DNA from: Octopus sinensis | Lineage: Eukaryota | Assembly: GCF_006345805.1 (NCBI RefSeq) | Contig: NC_043024.1 | Coordinates: 7,254,001-7,318,000, forward strand | DNA length: 64,000 nt | Direction of reading: 5' to 3' | Shown: positions 36,798 to 50,184 of the stretch, piece by piece | Layout: each line of letters begins with the position of its first letter | How positions within the stretch are numbered: position 1 is the stretch's first letter | The notes under the pieces: generated by a model | Databases searched by the model: none | Told to the model about the DNA's origin: nothing | The model's input: only the letters and a program-made list of their open reading frames with translations | Translations under genes and position numbers: made by a program

Positions 36798-38295
36798 CCC
36801 TTTCGTTACCAACCCGGCTGAAATCGCCTCTGGCTCTGTAGTACAAATGTCTTGTTTCCATAAGTTTAGAATTAAAATCTTCCACCAAACCTTAGTCACA
36901 ATTTATGTTCCTAACACTAGCTTAACGATAACGAAGTTATTTTAATAAATTCTCTGTTATATTTAAAATTAATTGAAAGAAACACAGAGCATCTCAACTG
37001 AAATATGGTAACAAAAGGGTTAACAAATGATTAATCTAACCCTTTTGATACCAACCCAGCTGAAACTGCCTCTGGCTCTGTAGTACAAATGTCTTGTTTT
37101 CAAAAGTTCTGAATTAAAATCTTCCACCAAACCTTAGTCACAATTTATGTTCCTAACACTAGCTTAACGATAACGAAGTTATTTTAATAAATTCTCTGTT
37201 ATATTCAAAATTAATTGAAAGAAACACAGAGCATCTCAACTGAAATATGGTAACAAAAGGGTAACAAATGATTAATCTAACCCTTTTGATACCAACCAGC
37301 TGAAACCAGCTCTGGCTCTGAGTACAAATGTCTTGTTTTCATAAGTTTTCATAAATTTTGAATTAAAATCTTCCACCAAACCTTAGTCACAATTTATGTT
37401 CCTAACACTAGCTGAATGATAACTAAGTTATTTTACTAAATTCTCTGTTATATTTAAAATTAATTGAAAGAAACACAGAGCATCTCAATAGAAATATGGT
37501 AACAAAATAGTTAAAATATATAATAGAGAAACAATTCTTAACCATTTTGATACCAACCCAGCTGAAACCAGCTCTGGCTCTGAGTACAAATGTCTTGTTT
37601 TCATAAGTTTTCATAAATTTTGAATTAAAATCTTCCACCAAACCTTAGTCACAATTTATGTTCTTAACACTAGCTGAATGATAACTAAGTTATTTTACTA
37701 AATTCTCTGTTATATTTAAAATTAATTGAAAGAAACACAGAGCATCTCAATAGAAATATGGTAACAAAATAGTTAAAATATATAATAGAGAAACAATTCT
37801 TAACCATTTTGATACCAACCCAGCTGAAACCAGCTCTGGCTCTGAGTACAAATGTCTTGTTTTCATAAGTTTTCATAAATTTTGAATTAAAATCTTCCAC
37901 CAAACCTTAGTCACAATTTATGTTCCTAACACTAGCTGAATGATATCTAAGTTATTTTACTAAATTCTCTGTTATATTTAAAATTAATTGAAAGAAACAC
38001 AGAGCATCTCAATAGAAATATGGTAACAAAAAAGTTAAAATATATAATAGAGAAACAATTCTTAACCATTTTGATACCAACCCAGCTGAAACCAGCTCTG
38101 GCTCTGAGTACAAATGTCTCGTTTTCATAAGTTTTCATAAATTTTGAATTAAAATCTTCCACCAAACCTTAGTCACAATTTATGTTCCTAACACTAGCTT
38201 AACGATAACGAAGTTATTTTAATAAATTCTTTGTTACATCTAAAATAATTGAGAGAATCACAGAGCATCTCAAAATAAATAGGGTAACGAAAGGG
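36798..38295. repeat. Tandem array of about 6 piggyBac-type MITE units (240-262 bp) bounded by TTAA
   Basis: TTAA|ccctttcgttacc at 36794-36810 and ggtaacgaaaggg|TTAA at 38283-38299; period 262 in the central units. Confidence 0.9.
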
Positions 38296-38747
38296 TTAAT
38301 GTCAGTTTTCCATGCTAGTAAGGTTTGAACAAAACATAACATTTGGAGAATCCAGGCAAATATCACTTGATTTTTTTTGTTCAACCAATGCCAGCATGGA
38401 AAATGGACATGATGATGGTGATGGTGTGTGTGCATGTATATATAGTTAGAGTGCCCTTGATATATATTATATATAAATGGTATACATATGCAGATTAAAT
38501 TGTTTGCTTCTTAGACATATTTCGCCATCGTTTTATACACACACAGGATAGGCCGTAAGTCATGGGCAGATTAAGCTCAATACACTCTGGAATTGTCAAA
38601 GACAAGCTTCAATTTTAGAAAAATTTAATAAAATAAATAAACTAATAATGAACAAACATGGTGTATGATGAACAAAATGTATTTAAATTAGATTTTAATT
38701 TAATTATTCAATGTCTAATGCTTTGAAGCATGACTTTTGGCCTACCT

Positions 38748-38819
<72 letters not shown>

Positions 38820-41116
38820 CGAAGACAGACACAGAAAGACACAGACAGAGACAGAAAGACACAGACAGAGACAGAAAGGCACATACACACACAGACAGAC
38901 ACATACACACACAGACATACAGACACATGCACACGGTCAGACAGAGACATGCAAACACACAGACTGACACAGGCAGACCCACACACATATGCTTGCTCTA
39001 GATTACCTCAGTGACAATAAATTTTACAGAAAATTCTAACCTGTGGGGAAATCAGACATAGGTAACAAAACAAAAATTGGGAGAGAGAGAGGGAGAGAAA
39101 TAAAAAGAGTGTGTACGTATGTTTGTGTGCACATGCGAGTGTGTCCACAGCCAGGTGTATTTATGTGTACAGTAAAAAGTAAAAAAAAAAAAAAGTGCTG
39201 CTAGTTATGTTTGTGTCCTGTAAATTGGCAATTCTACAAATAAAGACCAATAAAAGAAGTAACAGTGTCAAATATAATCAACCAAACCCACATTCATGCA
39301 TGTGAAGTGGAGGCATTAATCCATGTCTAGCCAACGTTTGCTTGGAGTACATGGGAAATTTCCGGTATCCATCCATTTCTGCGACCCACTAACCCTGGGA
39401 GGATCATGGTGGGGTCGGGTTCTCAGGTACCTCCTCCATAGGTTCCTATCAGAAGCAACGGTCATTACGCTCTCTGGCTGGATTCTCGAGTGTGACCAAC
39501 TGTGACATTGGCCGTTATCCAGCCATCACATTATTACTCTACCCCAGTGCTTTTCAAACTTTTTGCTGGAGCAGAACCCCAAGGAAACATTCCACTGGCT
39601 CGAGGAACCCCTGTGCAATAATTTAATAGTTTTATGCAAACACATCTGCACAGGAGACTTAAAAATTACTACCGATTTTAGCAGTTTTGTAACTTCTTGC
39701 AGAACCCCTGCACTGTACTGGCGGAACCCTGGTTGAAAACCACTGCTCTACCCCAAGCTCTCCTGCCATTTGGCTTTGGCTTGAAGAATCTGTCTTGTGA
39801 AACTTTCCTGCTGCTTTATAAACCAAAAGTCTGTGGGTATTGCAGCTGCTGCCTCTCCATCATCATTTAGCATCCATTTTCCATGCAGGTATGTGTTAGA
39901 CGGTTTAATCGAAACAAGTAAACCAGAGAGCTTGGTTTCTACAGCTGGTTGCCCTTCCTAACACCAACCACTCCGAGAGTGTAGTGGGTGCTTTTACGTG
40001 CCACCGGCATGAGAGCCAGTTAGTCACTCTTGCAATGACCACATGCACCCATACACATACCTCTGCACAAGCGCGTGCACACACAAAGATAAGGGTTAGC
40101 AACAGGAAGGACACCCAGCTACCCCAACAAATTCCATTTGGGCCATGCAAACACAAAAAGTGGACATGAAATAATGACGTTTTGAATTTAAAAGAAAAAC
40201 GTTTTCCAATCAACCTGATTTTCTTTTACCATGACTATGACACTGGTGGTTGACCATGTTAATAGAAGCTTCACCAGCCACAAAAAATGCCAATGGTCTT
40301 GGTCACTTGTCATTGCGTCCATGAGACTTAACGTCTGAAAATCAGGCTTCAACGCAGAGAAATATCGAAGTCAAAGTCCATTTTGTCTTTCATCCTTCCG
40401 AGGTCAGTCAGTTAGTCCAAATAAGTCCTGAAGTTTACGTAACCAATCACATCTCCATAGAAGGTGCAGTGCTCCAGCATGACCTCGGTCCAATGACGGA
40501 AAGCAACAAAAGAATACACACACATGTAGACACAGCTACACACAAATAACTCTACACCAATTAACAAGCAGGTCAACACAAATACATCTAAGACTGTACT
40601 ACGAAGCCAGGATTGAAACCGCGGTCTTTTGATTAGCTGCTATGCTACCTAGGTAGCTAGCACATCACCTTGTCCCACATCCACTCTTTGCCTCCCCCCC
40701 CTTAACATGACTATTTTACAACAGAACATTTTCATATTCTTTTACTTGTTTCAGTCATTTCACTGGCCAAGCTGGAGCACCACCTTTAGTCGAGCAAATC
40801 GACCCCAGGACTTATTCTATTGGTCTCTTTTTGCCGAACTGCTAAGTTATGGGAATGTAAACACACCAGCATTGGTTGTCAAGCGATGGTGGGGGGGACA
40901 AACACAGACACACAAACATATATATACATTACATATATATATACATATATATATATGATGGGTTTCTTTCAGTTTCCGTCTACCAAATCCACTCACAAGG
41001 TTTTGGTCGGCCCGAGGCTACAGTAGAAAACACTTGCCCAAGGTGCCACGCAGTGGGACTGAACCCAGAAGCATGTGGTTGATAAGCAAGCTACTTACCA
41101 CACAGCCACTCCTGCG

Positions 41117-41149
<33 letters not shown>

Positions 41150-41213
41150 CAGGTTTGCAGCATTCAGGTCGGTAGCTTTACAAGTTCTAAAATTGCAGAT
41201 AAATTTGTCAGTG

Positions 41214-41286
41214 AGCAGTTTAGCTTAATTGGTAAAGCACTTGACTGGTAATCAAAGGGATGTGAGTTTGAGTCCCATGGCTGGTT
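41214..41286 (+). pseudogene. Degenerate tRNA-like sequence, apparent GGT (Thr) anticodon
   Basis: TAGCTTAATTGGTAAAGCA D-arm, cttga-CTGGTAA-tcaaa anticodon arm, GTTTGAGTCCC T-loop. Stems carry mismatches. Confidence 0.5.
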
Positions 41287-41817
41287 GCTGACAAATTTTC
41301 CTACTTTCTATGGATATCTCATCCAGTCACTGCTGCTCTATCAGCATTTATGCATTTGAAAATAAATTATCTTATTTGTATCTCACAATACACATTTCAA
41401 CACTTCCAAAACAAACACTTTGTTTAATATAATATATATATATATATATGTATGTATGTATATTGATTTCAAATTTTTGGCACAAAGCCAGCAATTTCAA
41501 AGTGGGGTAGTATAAGTCAGTTACATCGATCCCCATTGTTCAACAGTTACTTAGTTTATCGACCCAGAAAGGATGAAAGGCAAAGTCAACCTCGGTGGAA
41601 TTTGAACTCAGAAGGATGAAATATGGTTAAGTATTTTGCCAGGTGTGCTAACAACTCTGCCAGCTCATTGGCTTAAAGTTATACAATATATATTGATTTC
41701 AACTGGCACAATGCCAGCAATTTGCGGGAGAGGTGAAGGGTGGGTGGGAATAAGTCAGTTACATTTACTCCGGCACTTATTTTACGTAATATATATATTA
41801 ACAACAAACACACCAAC

Positions 41818-41877
41818 CTTCAAATGAAATACCACTTCACTGCCTTGGACAACACTTTCAGCTTTTTCAATCCAATA
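41818..41877 (-). CDS. RANBP2: RanBP2 exon; phase 0 to 0
   Basis: aag|...|gttggt; YWIEKAESVVQGSEVVFHLK (human YWLERAAKLFPGSPAIYKLK). Confidence 0.87.
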
Positions 41878-42234
41878 CTTTAAAAACAAAAGAAATAAAG
41901 TTTATGTTTATATGTAGAAGGTGACGCTCCATGACTAAAGCAAACAAAATTACATGTGTGACTGAGTATGTGTTCACATATAATATAAACTTTGTGTGTG
42001 TGAGTGAGTGAGTGAGTGAGTGTGTATATATATATACACACACACACAGTAATCCCTCAACTATCGCAGGTGTTACGTTCCAGAACCCTAAACGATAGGT
42101 GAAAATCCGCAAAGTAGAAACAGTACTGTATATTTTTTTCTATCATTTTTATAATTTGTATATTTTTTATTTTTATTTTTTATTTTATCTAGTTTCAGCT
42201 CACGAGCTGTGGCCATGCTGGGGCACCACCATTT

Positions 42235-42600
42235 GGTGTTGCTACATGATTTTACTTCACGAATGCTTTTTAGCAATTGGCATTTGGTGCATGAGAGAGT
42301 TCGATGCAGCTGCCCTCATCTGCACCTCCTGCCGTGAAGTTGGTTCATCTGGGACACCTGACAGAAAGAGATCCAGTTTTATCTTAAAGACATCTGCATC
42401 CACCCCATGCAGGTCTCTCAGGAGGATATTGAAGAGCTGTGGACCTCTGAAGCCCAGGCTATCACAGTATTTTGTCCTACATCTTGATGGCAAATTTGGA
42501 GTCCTTGGCACTATGCAGTGGCGCCCAGTTCTGGCACTTGTGTAACTCTCGATGCCAAAGTTTGGGACAAGTCCTTCTAGGATATTCCAGATGTCCATAT
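42235..42600 (-). mobile_element. CR1/L2-group LINE ORF2 C-terminal fragment
   Basis: IWNILEGLVPNFGI...GRHC...SLGFRGPQLFNIL..DLHGVDADVFKIKLDLFLSGVPDEP...RAAASNSL. Confidence 0.8.
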
Positions 42601-43776
42601 ATTTATTTTACTATAAATGCAAAACAACACCACAGAGGAATCGATGTAAGCTTAAATAAGCCACAATATGGCATGGGATTACTGTGTATGTATGTGTATA
42701 TATATATAGATTTATTCACACACATAAATATATATGTATATGTGTGTATATATGTAAATACGTGTGTGTGTGTGTGTATAAATATAGATGGATAGGCATG
42801 TGTGTGTATATGGATATAGGTATGTGTGTGTGTGTATAGATAGATATAGGTGTGGGTGTGTGTTTGTTGTATCTGTCCCCCACCACCATTTGACAACCAA
42901 TGTTGGTTTGTTTTCATTCCTATAATTTAGCAGTCTGGCAAAAGAGATCAATAGAATAAGTACTGAACGTAAGAATAAAAGAAAAAAAAGAAAGTACTGG
43001 GGTCAGTATTCAATTTGTTTGGCTAAACCCTTCGAGGTGGTGCCCCAGCATGGCTGTAGTCCAATGATTGAAACAAGTAACCGGTAAAAAAAATATACTT
43101 TTTTCCAAGAAATAAGTTTTTTGTTTCTCTGAATACTCTCTCTAAAAAATGTTTCATTTAACCCTTTCAGGATAAAAATTAGTTTAATCAAACGTAATGT
43201 TCGTTTATTCACGTTTTTAATTAATCATGCCTTATGATGTAGCTTTGAAATTTCGATTATGATTCTTTTATTCTTTTACTTGTTTCAGTTATTTGACCGT
43301 GGCCATGCTGGAGCACTGCTTTCAGTCAAACAAACTGACCCCAGGACTTATTCTTTGTAAGCCTAGTACTTTTGCCAAACTGCTAAGTTACAGGGACAAA
43401 CACTCCAGCATTGGTTGTCAAGCTATGGTGGGAGGACGCGCACATATATATGTGTATATGTATGTATATATATATATATATGTATGTATGTTTACTTTTG
43501 GTATGACATTGTAGCATTGATGTAAGAGTGTATTTAGCCAGTTTGAACATAAAACAGAATATTTTGGCTGTATATGGTCAGTTGAAATGCTAAGGAGTTA
43601 TGGTCTTGTTAAAATTAGGGTGGTGGGGGATGCTATCTACAAAATTATGGGTTCTGTGATTTTTTTGGGGGGAAAATCATATATAATGGGTTCCATGATA
43701 AAAGTATGGGAACCATTGGGTTTAATCTATTGAAAGATAATTCCTTTCCCCTCTTCTACCCTCAGAATGTACTTAC

Positions 43777-43823
43777 CTTGACTGTTTCTTTATCAACCTT
43801 GATCCGCAGCAGAAGTTCACAGA
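43777..43823 (-). CDS. RANBP2: RanBP2 47-nt exon; phase 1 to 0
   Basis: pyrimidine tract cag|...|gtaagt; VCELLLRIKVDKETVK (human IAELLCKNDVTDGRAK). Confidence 0.85.
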
Positions 43824-45670
43824 CTGGACAGAGGAGAAGAGAGAAAAAATATATATAGTTAATTCCATTCAGCTATCAAACAAAACGGACCTTATTAAGC
43901 TGGTCACACACACACAGACATCACTCTCTCTCCACCCACAATACAGACATACGGGAAGGAAGACGCACCTGTAAATATAGGTATACAGGTGAGAAGAACA
44001 AAAACAAAAAGAAAAAAAGGCAATCAGATTCATACTGTACTAGTAGGACCTGTGTAAATTCCACTGAACTAGTAAAAACGAGTTGCACCTGTATTTCAAA
44101 GGGCTGGCCTTGTCACACTCTGTACGCGTGTCTGGAGTACTCAGCCAACTTGTACATTAATTTCATGAGCAGGCTGTTCTGCTGATCAGATCAACTGTAA
44201 ACCTTCATTGTCATAACCAACAGTGTCACTTATAAACAATGCCCCATTCCTTATGATTACCAGGAGAAGGTATGAATGTTTAGTTGGCAGACCAAACCCA
44301 TTCAAGAGCGGAGTACAGCAAAATAAAGTACGGAAATTGCTCAGGCTGGACGGAGAGAGAATTTCAAAGAAAAACCAACATTAACAAACAGCAGTTTTAC
44401 AGATACTCGGCATTGCTCCATTATAAGTTTGCAGGTACAGTATAAGCAACCAACCTCCTATAGGTACACAAATGCACACCAACACATACTAATTTATTCT
44501 TTATTGCCCACAAGGGGCTAAACATAGAGGGGACAAACAAGGACAGACAAAGGGATTAAGTATCTTTGTGGTACCAGTGCCGGTGGCACACAAGAAAACC
44601 ATCCGAACGTGGCCGTAGCCAGTACCGCATCGACTGGCCTCCGTGCTGTGGGCACGTAAGAAACACCATCCGATCGTGGCCGTTCGTCAGCCTCGTCTGG
44701 CACCTGTGTCGGTGGCACATAAAAACACCATCCGAGCGTGGCCATTCGCCAGCCTCGTCTGGCACCTGTGTCAGTGGCACATAAAAACACCATCCGATCG
44801 TGGCCGTTCGCCAGCCTCGTCTGGCACCTGTGTCGGTGGCACATAAAATCACCCACTACACTCTCGGAGTGGTTGGCGTTAGGAAGGGCATCCAGCTGTA
44901 GAAACACTGCCAGATCTGACTGGCCTGGTGCAGCCTTCGGGCTCCCCAGACCCCAGTTGAACCGTCCAACCCATGCTAGCATGGAAAGCGGACGTTAAAT
45001 GATGATGATATCGACCCCAGTGCACAACTGGCACTTTATCGACCCCGAAAGGATAAAAGGCAAAGTCGACCATGGCGGAATTTGAACTCAGAACATAACA
45101 GCAGACGAAATACCGCTAAGCATTTCAACCGGCGTGCTAATGTTTCTGCCATCTCGCCGCCTTAACCCTAACACATACTAATACCTATTTCTTTACTACA
45201 CACAAGAGGCTAAACACAGAGAGGACAAACAAGGACAGACAAACGGATTAAGTCAGTTATATCGACCCCAGTGCGTAACTGGTACTTAATTTATCGACCC
45301 TGAAAGGATAAAAGGCAAAGTCAACCTCGGCGGAATTTGAACTCAGAACGTAACTGCAGACGAAATACCACTAAATATTTCGACTGGCGAGCTAATGTTT
45401 CTTATTTCTTTACTGCCCACAAGGGGCTACACACAGAGGGGACAAACGGATTAAGTCAATTACATATACCCCAGTGCACAACTGGTACTTTATCAACCCC
45501 GAAAGGATGAAAGGCAAAGTCGACCTCGGCAGTATTTGAACTCAGAACATAACGGCAGACGAAATACCGCTAAGTATTTCTGCCATCTCGCCGCCTTAAC
45601 CCTAACACATACAAATACCAATCCAAGATACACCCACATATATATACAAAAGAAATATAGATGTACACAC

Positions 45671-45714
45671 CTTTAAGTACAACATCCTTCTGGTTTTCAT
45701 TTAACTGCAAACAC
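45671..45714 (-). CDS. RANBP2: RanBP2 44-nt exon; phase 2 to 1
   Basis: tag|...|gtgtgt; CLQLNENQKDVVLK (human SVELNPTQKDLVLK). Bridges the phases of the flanking exons. Confidence 0.85.
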
Positions 45715-46135
45715 CTAGAATATAATAATAACAATAATAATGAAAACAATCCTTTTTATTGTAGGCACAAAGCCTGAAATTTTGGGAGAGAGGGGCCAGA
45801 ATGCAACTGATACTTAATTTATTGACCCCAAAAGGACGAAAGGCAAAGTAGACCTCAGCGGAATTTGAACTCAGAACGTAGTGATGGGTGAAATACCGCT
45901 AAACATTATGTCCAGTGTGCTAATGATTCTGCCAGCTTGCCGCCCTAATAATAATAATAATCTTTTCTAGTATAAGTACAAGACCTGAAATTTGGGGGAG
46001 GGGACTAATCATTTTCATTGATCCCTGTTTCACTGGTGTACTTAATTTATCAACACCAAAAGAATGTATGAATGGCAAAGTCGACCATGGCAGAATTTGA
46101 ACTCAGAACATGGACGAAATATGCCATATGCCCAC

Positions 46136-46387
46136 GGGCATATGGCATAGTGGTTAAGAGCGTGGGCTACGAAGCCCAAAATTCCAAGTTCAATTCCAAG
46201 CAGTGACCTGAATAATAATACCAAAAAATACTTTTGGAATGAGAACCCAGGTTCGAAATTTCCCCAAGACACCTGATGAAGGCTGGAGGGTATATCAGCC
46301 GAAACGTGTTAACAACAAACAAGATGAGGACAAATATCTGTCAATTGTAAATAATGTATATAATTCCTCATCTCTTAAATATAGAAC
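46136..46387 (+). mobile_element. tRNA-headed SINE with hammerhead-like core and PLE-type 3' tail
   Basis: A box TGGCATAGTGG, B box GTTCAATTCC; CTGATGA-A-GGCTG/CAGCC-GAAA at 46273-46304; tail matches 60553-60628 in reverse. Confidence 0.75.
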
Positions 46388-46991
46388 AGATGAAATACTG
46401 CTAAGCATTTTGCCTGGTATGCTAATGATTCTACCAGCTCACAATAATAATAATCCTTTCTACTATAGGCACAAGACCTGAAATTTGGTGTGAGGGGCTA
46501 GTCAATTACACTGATCCCCAGTGCATAACTGGTATTTATTTCAACAACCCTGAAAGGATGAAAGGCGAAGTTGACCTCAGTGGAATTTGAACTCAGAATT
46601 CTGCCAGCTCACAAGTTTCAAATTTTGGCACAGGGCCAGCAAGTTCTCAACCCCCAGTCCTCAACTGGTACTTATTTTATCAACCCCAAAAAGGATGAAA
46701 GGCAAAGCTGACCTCGGCAGAACAATAACGGTTTCAAATTTTGGCACAAAGCCAGCAATTTTAAGGGTAGCTGTAATTACATCAATTTTCTACAGCTTGA
46801 TGCCCTTTCTGTCACTAACTCTAAACACCCAGCATACAGACACCATAGTAGGGCCAAATGACATTAGCTTTCACTTTAATGAGCTCACAACACCCACAAG
46901 ACAGTGAAAGCCCACCAGGTAAAAACCACTGCTGAGCCCAAAATTAATTATGTAACAATAACAACATAGAAGTGAAGTCATCCTTCCTTAC

Positions 46992-47105
46992 TTTTCATAG
47001 GAAACAATAGCTCTTCTGTAATCTTTGAGGCTTTCGGAAATTTGTCCCATGAGTTTATGTGCCTGGGGTACAGCATCTTGGACAGTGAGGAATGCAGTAA
47101 GGTAC
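46992..47105 (-). CDS. RANBP2: RanBP2 exon, TPR-like N-terminus; phase 2 to 2
   Basis: cag|...|gtaagg; YLTAFLTVQDAVPQAHKLMGQISESLKDYRRAIVSYE (human YICTYINVQERDPKAHRFLG...). Confidence 0.9.
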
Positions 47106-49194
47106 CTGGGTAAAAAGAGAAAAAAAATAACATTTACAATTTAATTTCCAGAATTTGTTTTACAGATAATTTTTTTTTTTAAATAATGATAATATGTTTC
47201 TATATTACCCACAAGGGGCCAAACACAGAGGGGACAAACGAGGACAGACAAACGGATTAAGTCATTGCATCGACCCCAGCGAATAACTGGTACTTAATTT
47301 ATCGACCCCGAAAGGATGAAAGGCAAAGTCGACCTCGACGGAATTTGAACTCAGAACGTAAGGGCAGACAAAATACTGCTAAGCATTTCGCCCGGTGTGC
47401 TAACGGTTCTGCCAGTTCACCACCGTAATAATGATAATAATAATAATCCTTTCTACTATAGATACAAGGCCTGGCATTTGAGGGGGAGGGGAATGGTTGA
47501 TTACATCAACCCCAGTGCTCAACTGGTACTTATTTTTATCAACCCCGAGAGGCAATGTCAACCTCAGCAGAATTTGAACTCGGAACAAAGACAGGCAAAA
47601 TGCCACTTAAGCATTCTTATTTCTTTATTGCCCACAAGGGGCTAAACACAGAGGGGACAAACAAGGACAGACAAAGGGATTAAGTCGATTACATCGACCC
47701 CAGTGCGTAACTGGTACTTAATTTATCGACCCCGAAAGGATGAAAGGCAAAGTCGACCTCGGCGGAATTTGAACTCAGAACGTAACGGCAGACGAAATAC
47801 AGCTACGCATTTCGCCCGGCGTGCTAACCATTCTGCCAGCTCGCCGCCGTAATAATGATAATAATAATAATCCTTTCTACTATAGATACAAGGCCTGGAA
47901 TGGTTGATTACATCGACCCCTAGTGCTCAACTGGTACTTATTTTATCAATCCTGAGAGGCAATGTCAACCTCAGCAGAATTTGAACTCGGAACAAAGACA
48001 GGCAAAATGCCACTTAAGCATTCTGCCAGCTGACCACCCTTCATGATGATGATGATGATGATAATGGTTTCAAATTTTGCCGCAAGGGCAGCAATTTTGG
48101 AGGAGGGGCATAAGTCAGTTATATCAACCCCAGTGTTTCACTGGTATTTACTGACCCCAAAAGGATGAAAGGCGAGAAAGCCTGGCAGAGTCCATCCCTC
48201 TCCAGGCTAAACTCGTTACAGCTGAGTGGACTGGGGCAACAGCAAATGAAGTGTTTGTTGCTCAAGAATACAAGAGATTGACCAGTCCAGGGATCAAAAC
48301 CACAAACTTACAGTCATGAATCCAGCACCTTGACCACTAAGCCACAAGCCTCCATGCTCTTCTAGTCACCAACCCTCAAACTCTTTCAAGCATGATCTTT
48401 TCCCTAGTCTTTCTAAATAGACCAGTGGCTGGACATGTTTTCATGGAAGATTGCAAACAAATGACGTTTGTATGAATGGTGCTATTCTCAATCAACATGT
48501 AAACATTATGAACACACACTCACATGACTAGGGTCATGCTGGAGCACCATCTTTAGTCGAACAAATTGACCCCAGGACATTCTTTGTAAGCCTAGTACCT
48601 ATTCTATCAACCTCCTTTGCCAAACTGCTAAGTTATGGGGTACATAAACACACCAACATCGGTTGGTCAAGTGATGGGAGGGGGACGTGCACAAACACAC
48701 ACACACACACACACGTGTGTGTGCGTGCACATGCATGTATGACTGGGTTCTTTCAATTTCTGTCTACCAAATCCACTCACAAGGCTTTGGTCAGCCTGAG
48801 GCTATAGTAGAAGACACTTGCCCAAGGTGGCATACAGTGGAACTGAACCCAGAACCATGCGGTTGGGAAGCAAGCTTCTTACCACACAGCCACTCCTGTG
48901 CCCATATATTATACCTACATGTGTTTTTTTTGTATCTGTGCTTATTCCCACTGTTTCCTGCAATACATACAAATACATCTAAAGCAACATTTTTTTCAGG
49001 GGCCCTTAAAATACTACTGTAGACCCAAATTACTATTCTGCAGCATGGACCCCCAAAAATCTTATATAGACCCTCATGGGGCCATATGGACCATGATTGA
49101 GAACTACTGAACTTGACCTTTCAAGATGGTGGCTCCAGCATGGCTACAGTTCAACGATTGAAACAAGCAAAAGAAACAAGGTAGAGATTTTTAC

Positions 49195-49262
49195 CTGCGA
49201 GCAATTTCATATTCTCCAACTTGCTGGTATAGTTTAGCGATTTGGTAACCTTTACCATTTCT
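49195..49262 (-). CDS. RANBP2: RanBP2/Nup358 coding exon, most 5' one identified (equivalent to vertebrate exon 2); phase 0 to 2
   Basis: ttttcag|AGA...CGC AG|gtaaaa. Translates RNGKGYQIAKLYQQVGEYEIAR, matching the recalled RanBP2 N-terminus (human KSMKGFYFAKLYYEAKEYDLAKK). Confidence 0.9.
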
Positions 49263-50184
49263 CTGAAAAAACAAAAAAAGAAAATAAAAACTGATTAAAT
49301 AAAAATTTAGACACAGAAAAAAAAAATTGTACACAGGACAACCACAGATTTTCCAGCCACTGATGGTCTGGCACTTTCACCTTTCATCTGTGCTGTACAT
49401 CATTTATAATAAATATAATAAATGCACCCTTTTAAAGCCTAGCCAGGCTCATGGGCCTGGTTTCCCGGTTTCTATGGCGTATATTGCGTGAGAAGACCAG
49501 GCAGGACAAGTGAGTCCAGCCCACTTATGCATGCCTTTCCTCCCTTGGACACACAAAGACCTGTTGAGGCAAGCGAAGTCGATATCGAACCTCATCCGAC
49601 GACAGGTACCCATACCAACTATGCTTGCGAAGACCTGTTGGGGCAAGTGAAATCGAAATTGAACCAATCCTATGACTGGCACCCGGCAGATGCCAGGACC
49701 CCTGGACTGGTGGTACGTATAAAGCACCCACTACACTCACAGAGTGGTTGGCGTTAGGAAGGGCATCCAGCTGTAGAAACATTGCCAGATAAGACTGGAG
49801 CCTGGTGCAGCCTTCTGGCTTCCCAGATCCCGGTCGAACCGTCCAACCCATGCTAGCATGGAGAACAGACGTCAAACGATGATGATGATATGTTCCCCAG
49901 CTGGACGGGACGACAGTCCATCGCAGCGTTACTCATTTTTGCCAGCTGAGTGGACTGGAGCAACGTGAAATGAAGTGTTTTGCTCAAGAACACAACACGT
50001 TGCCCGATCCAGGAATCGAAACCACAATCTTACGATCATGATACTGACACCCTAACCGCTAAGCCACGCACCTCCACGTACATCATTTATACATGAGGCA
50101 TATTTACCTAGCACCCGAATATCAAATCATCATTGTTTAGTGTCTACTTTTCATGCTGGCATAGGTTAGACAATGTGAGGTATA

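Noticed and set aside
37423-38165. Three near-identical 72-aa ORFs resembling a tandem gene cluster
   Set aside because: By-product of the 262-bp MITE array.
39320-39520. Unique-looking GC-richer segment as an exon
   Set aside because: Exons 41818 and 36623 join in phase without it. The minus-strand MTVASDRNLWRRYL looks more like an RTE C-terminal scrap, too weak to annotate.
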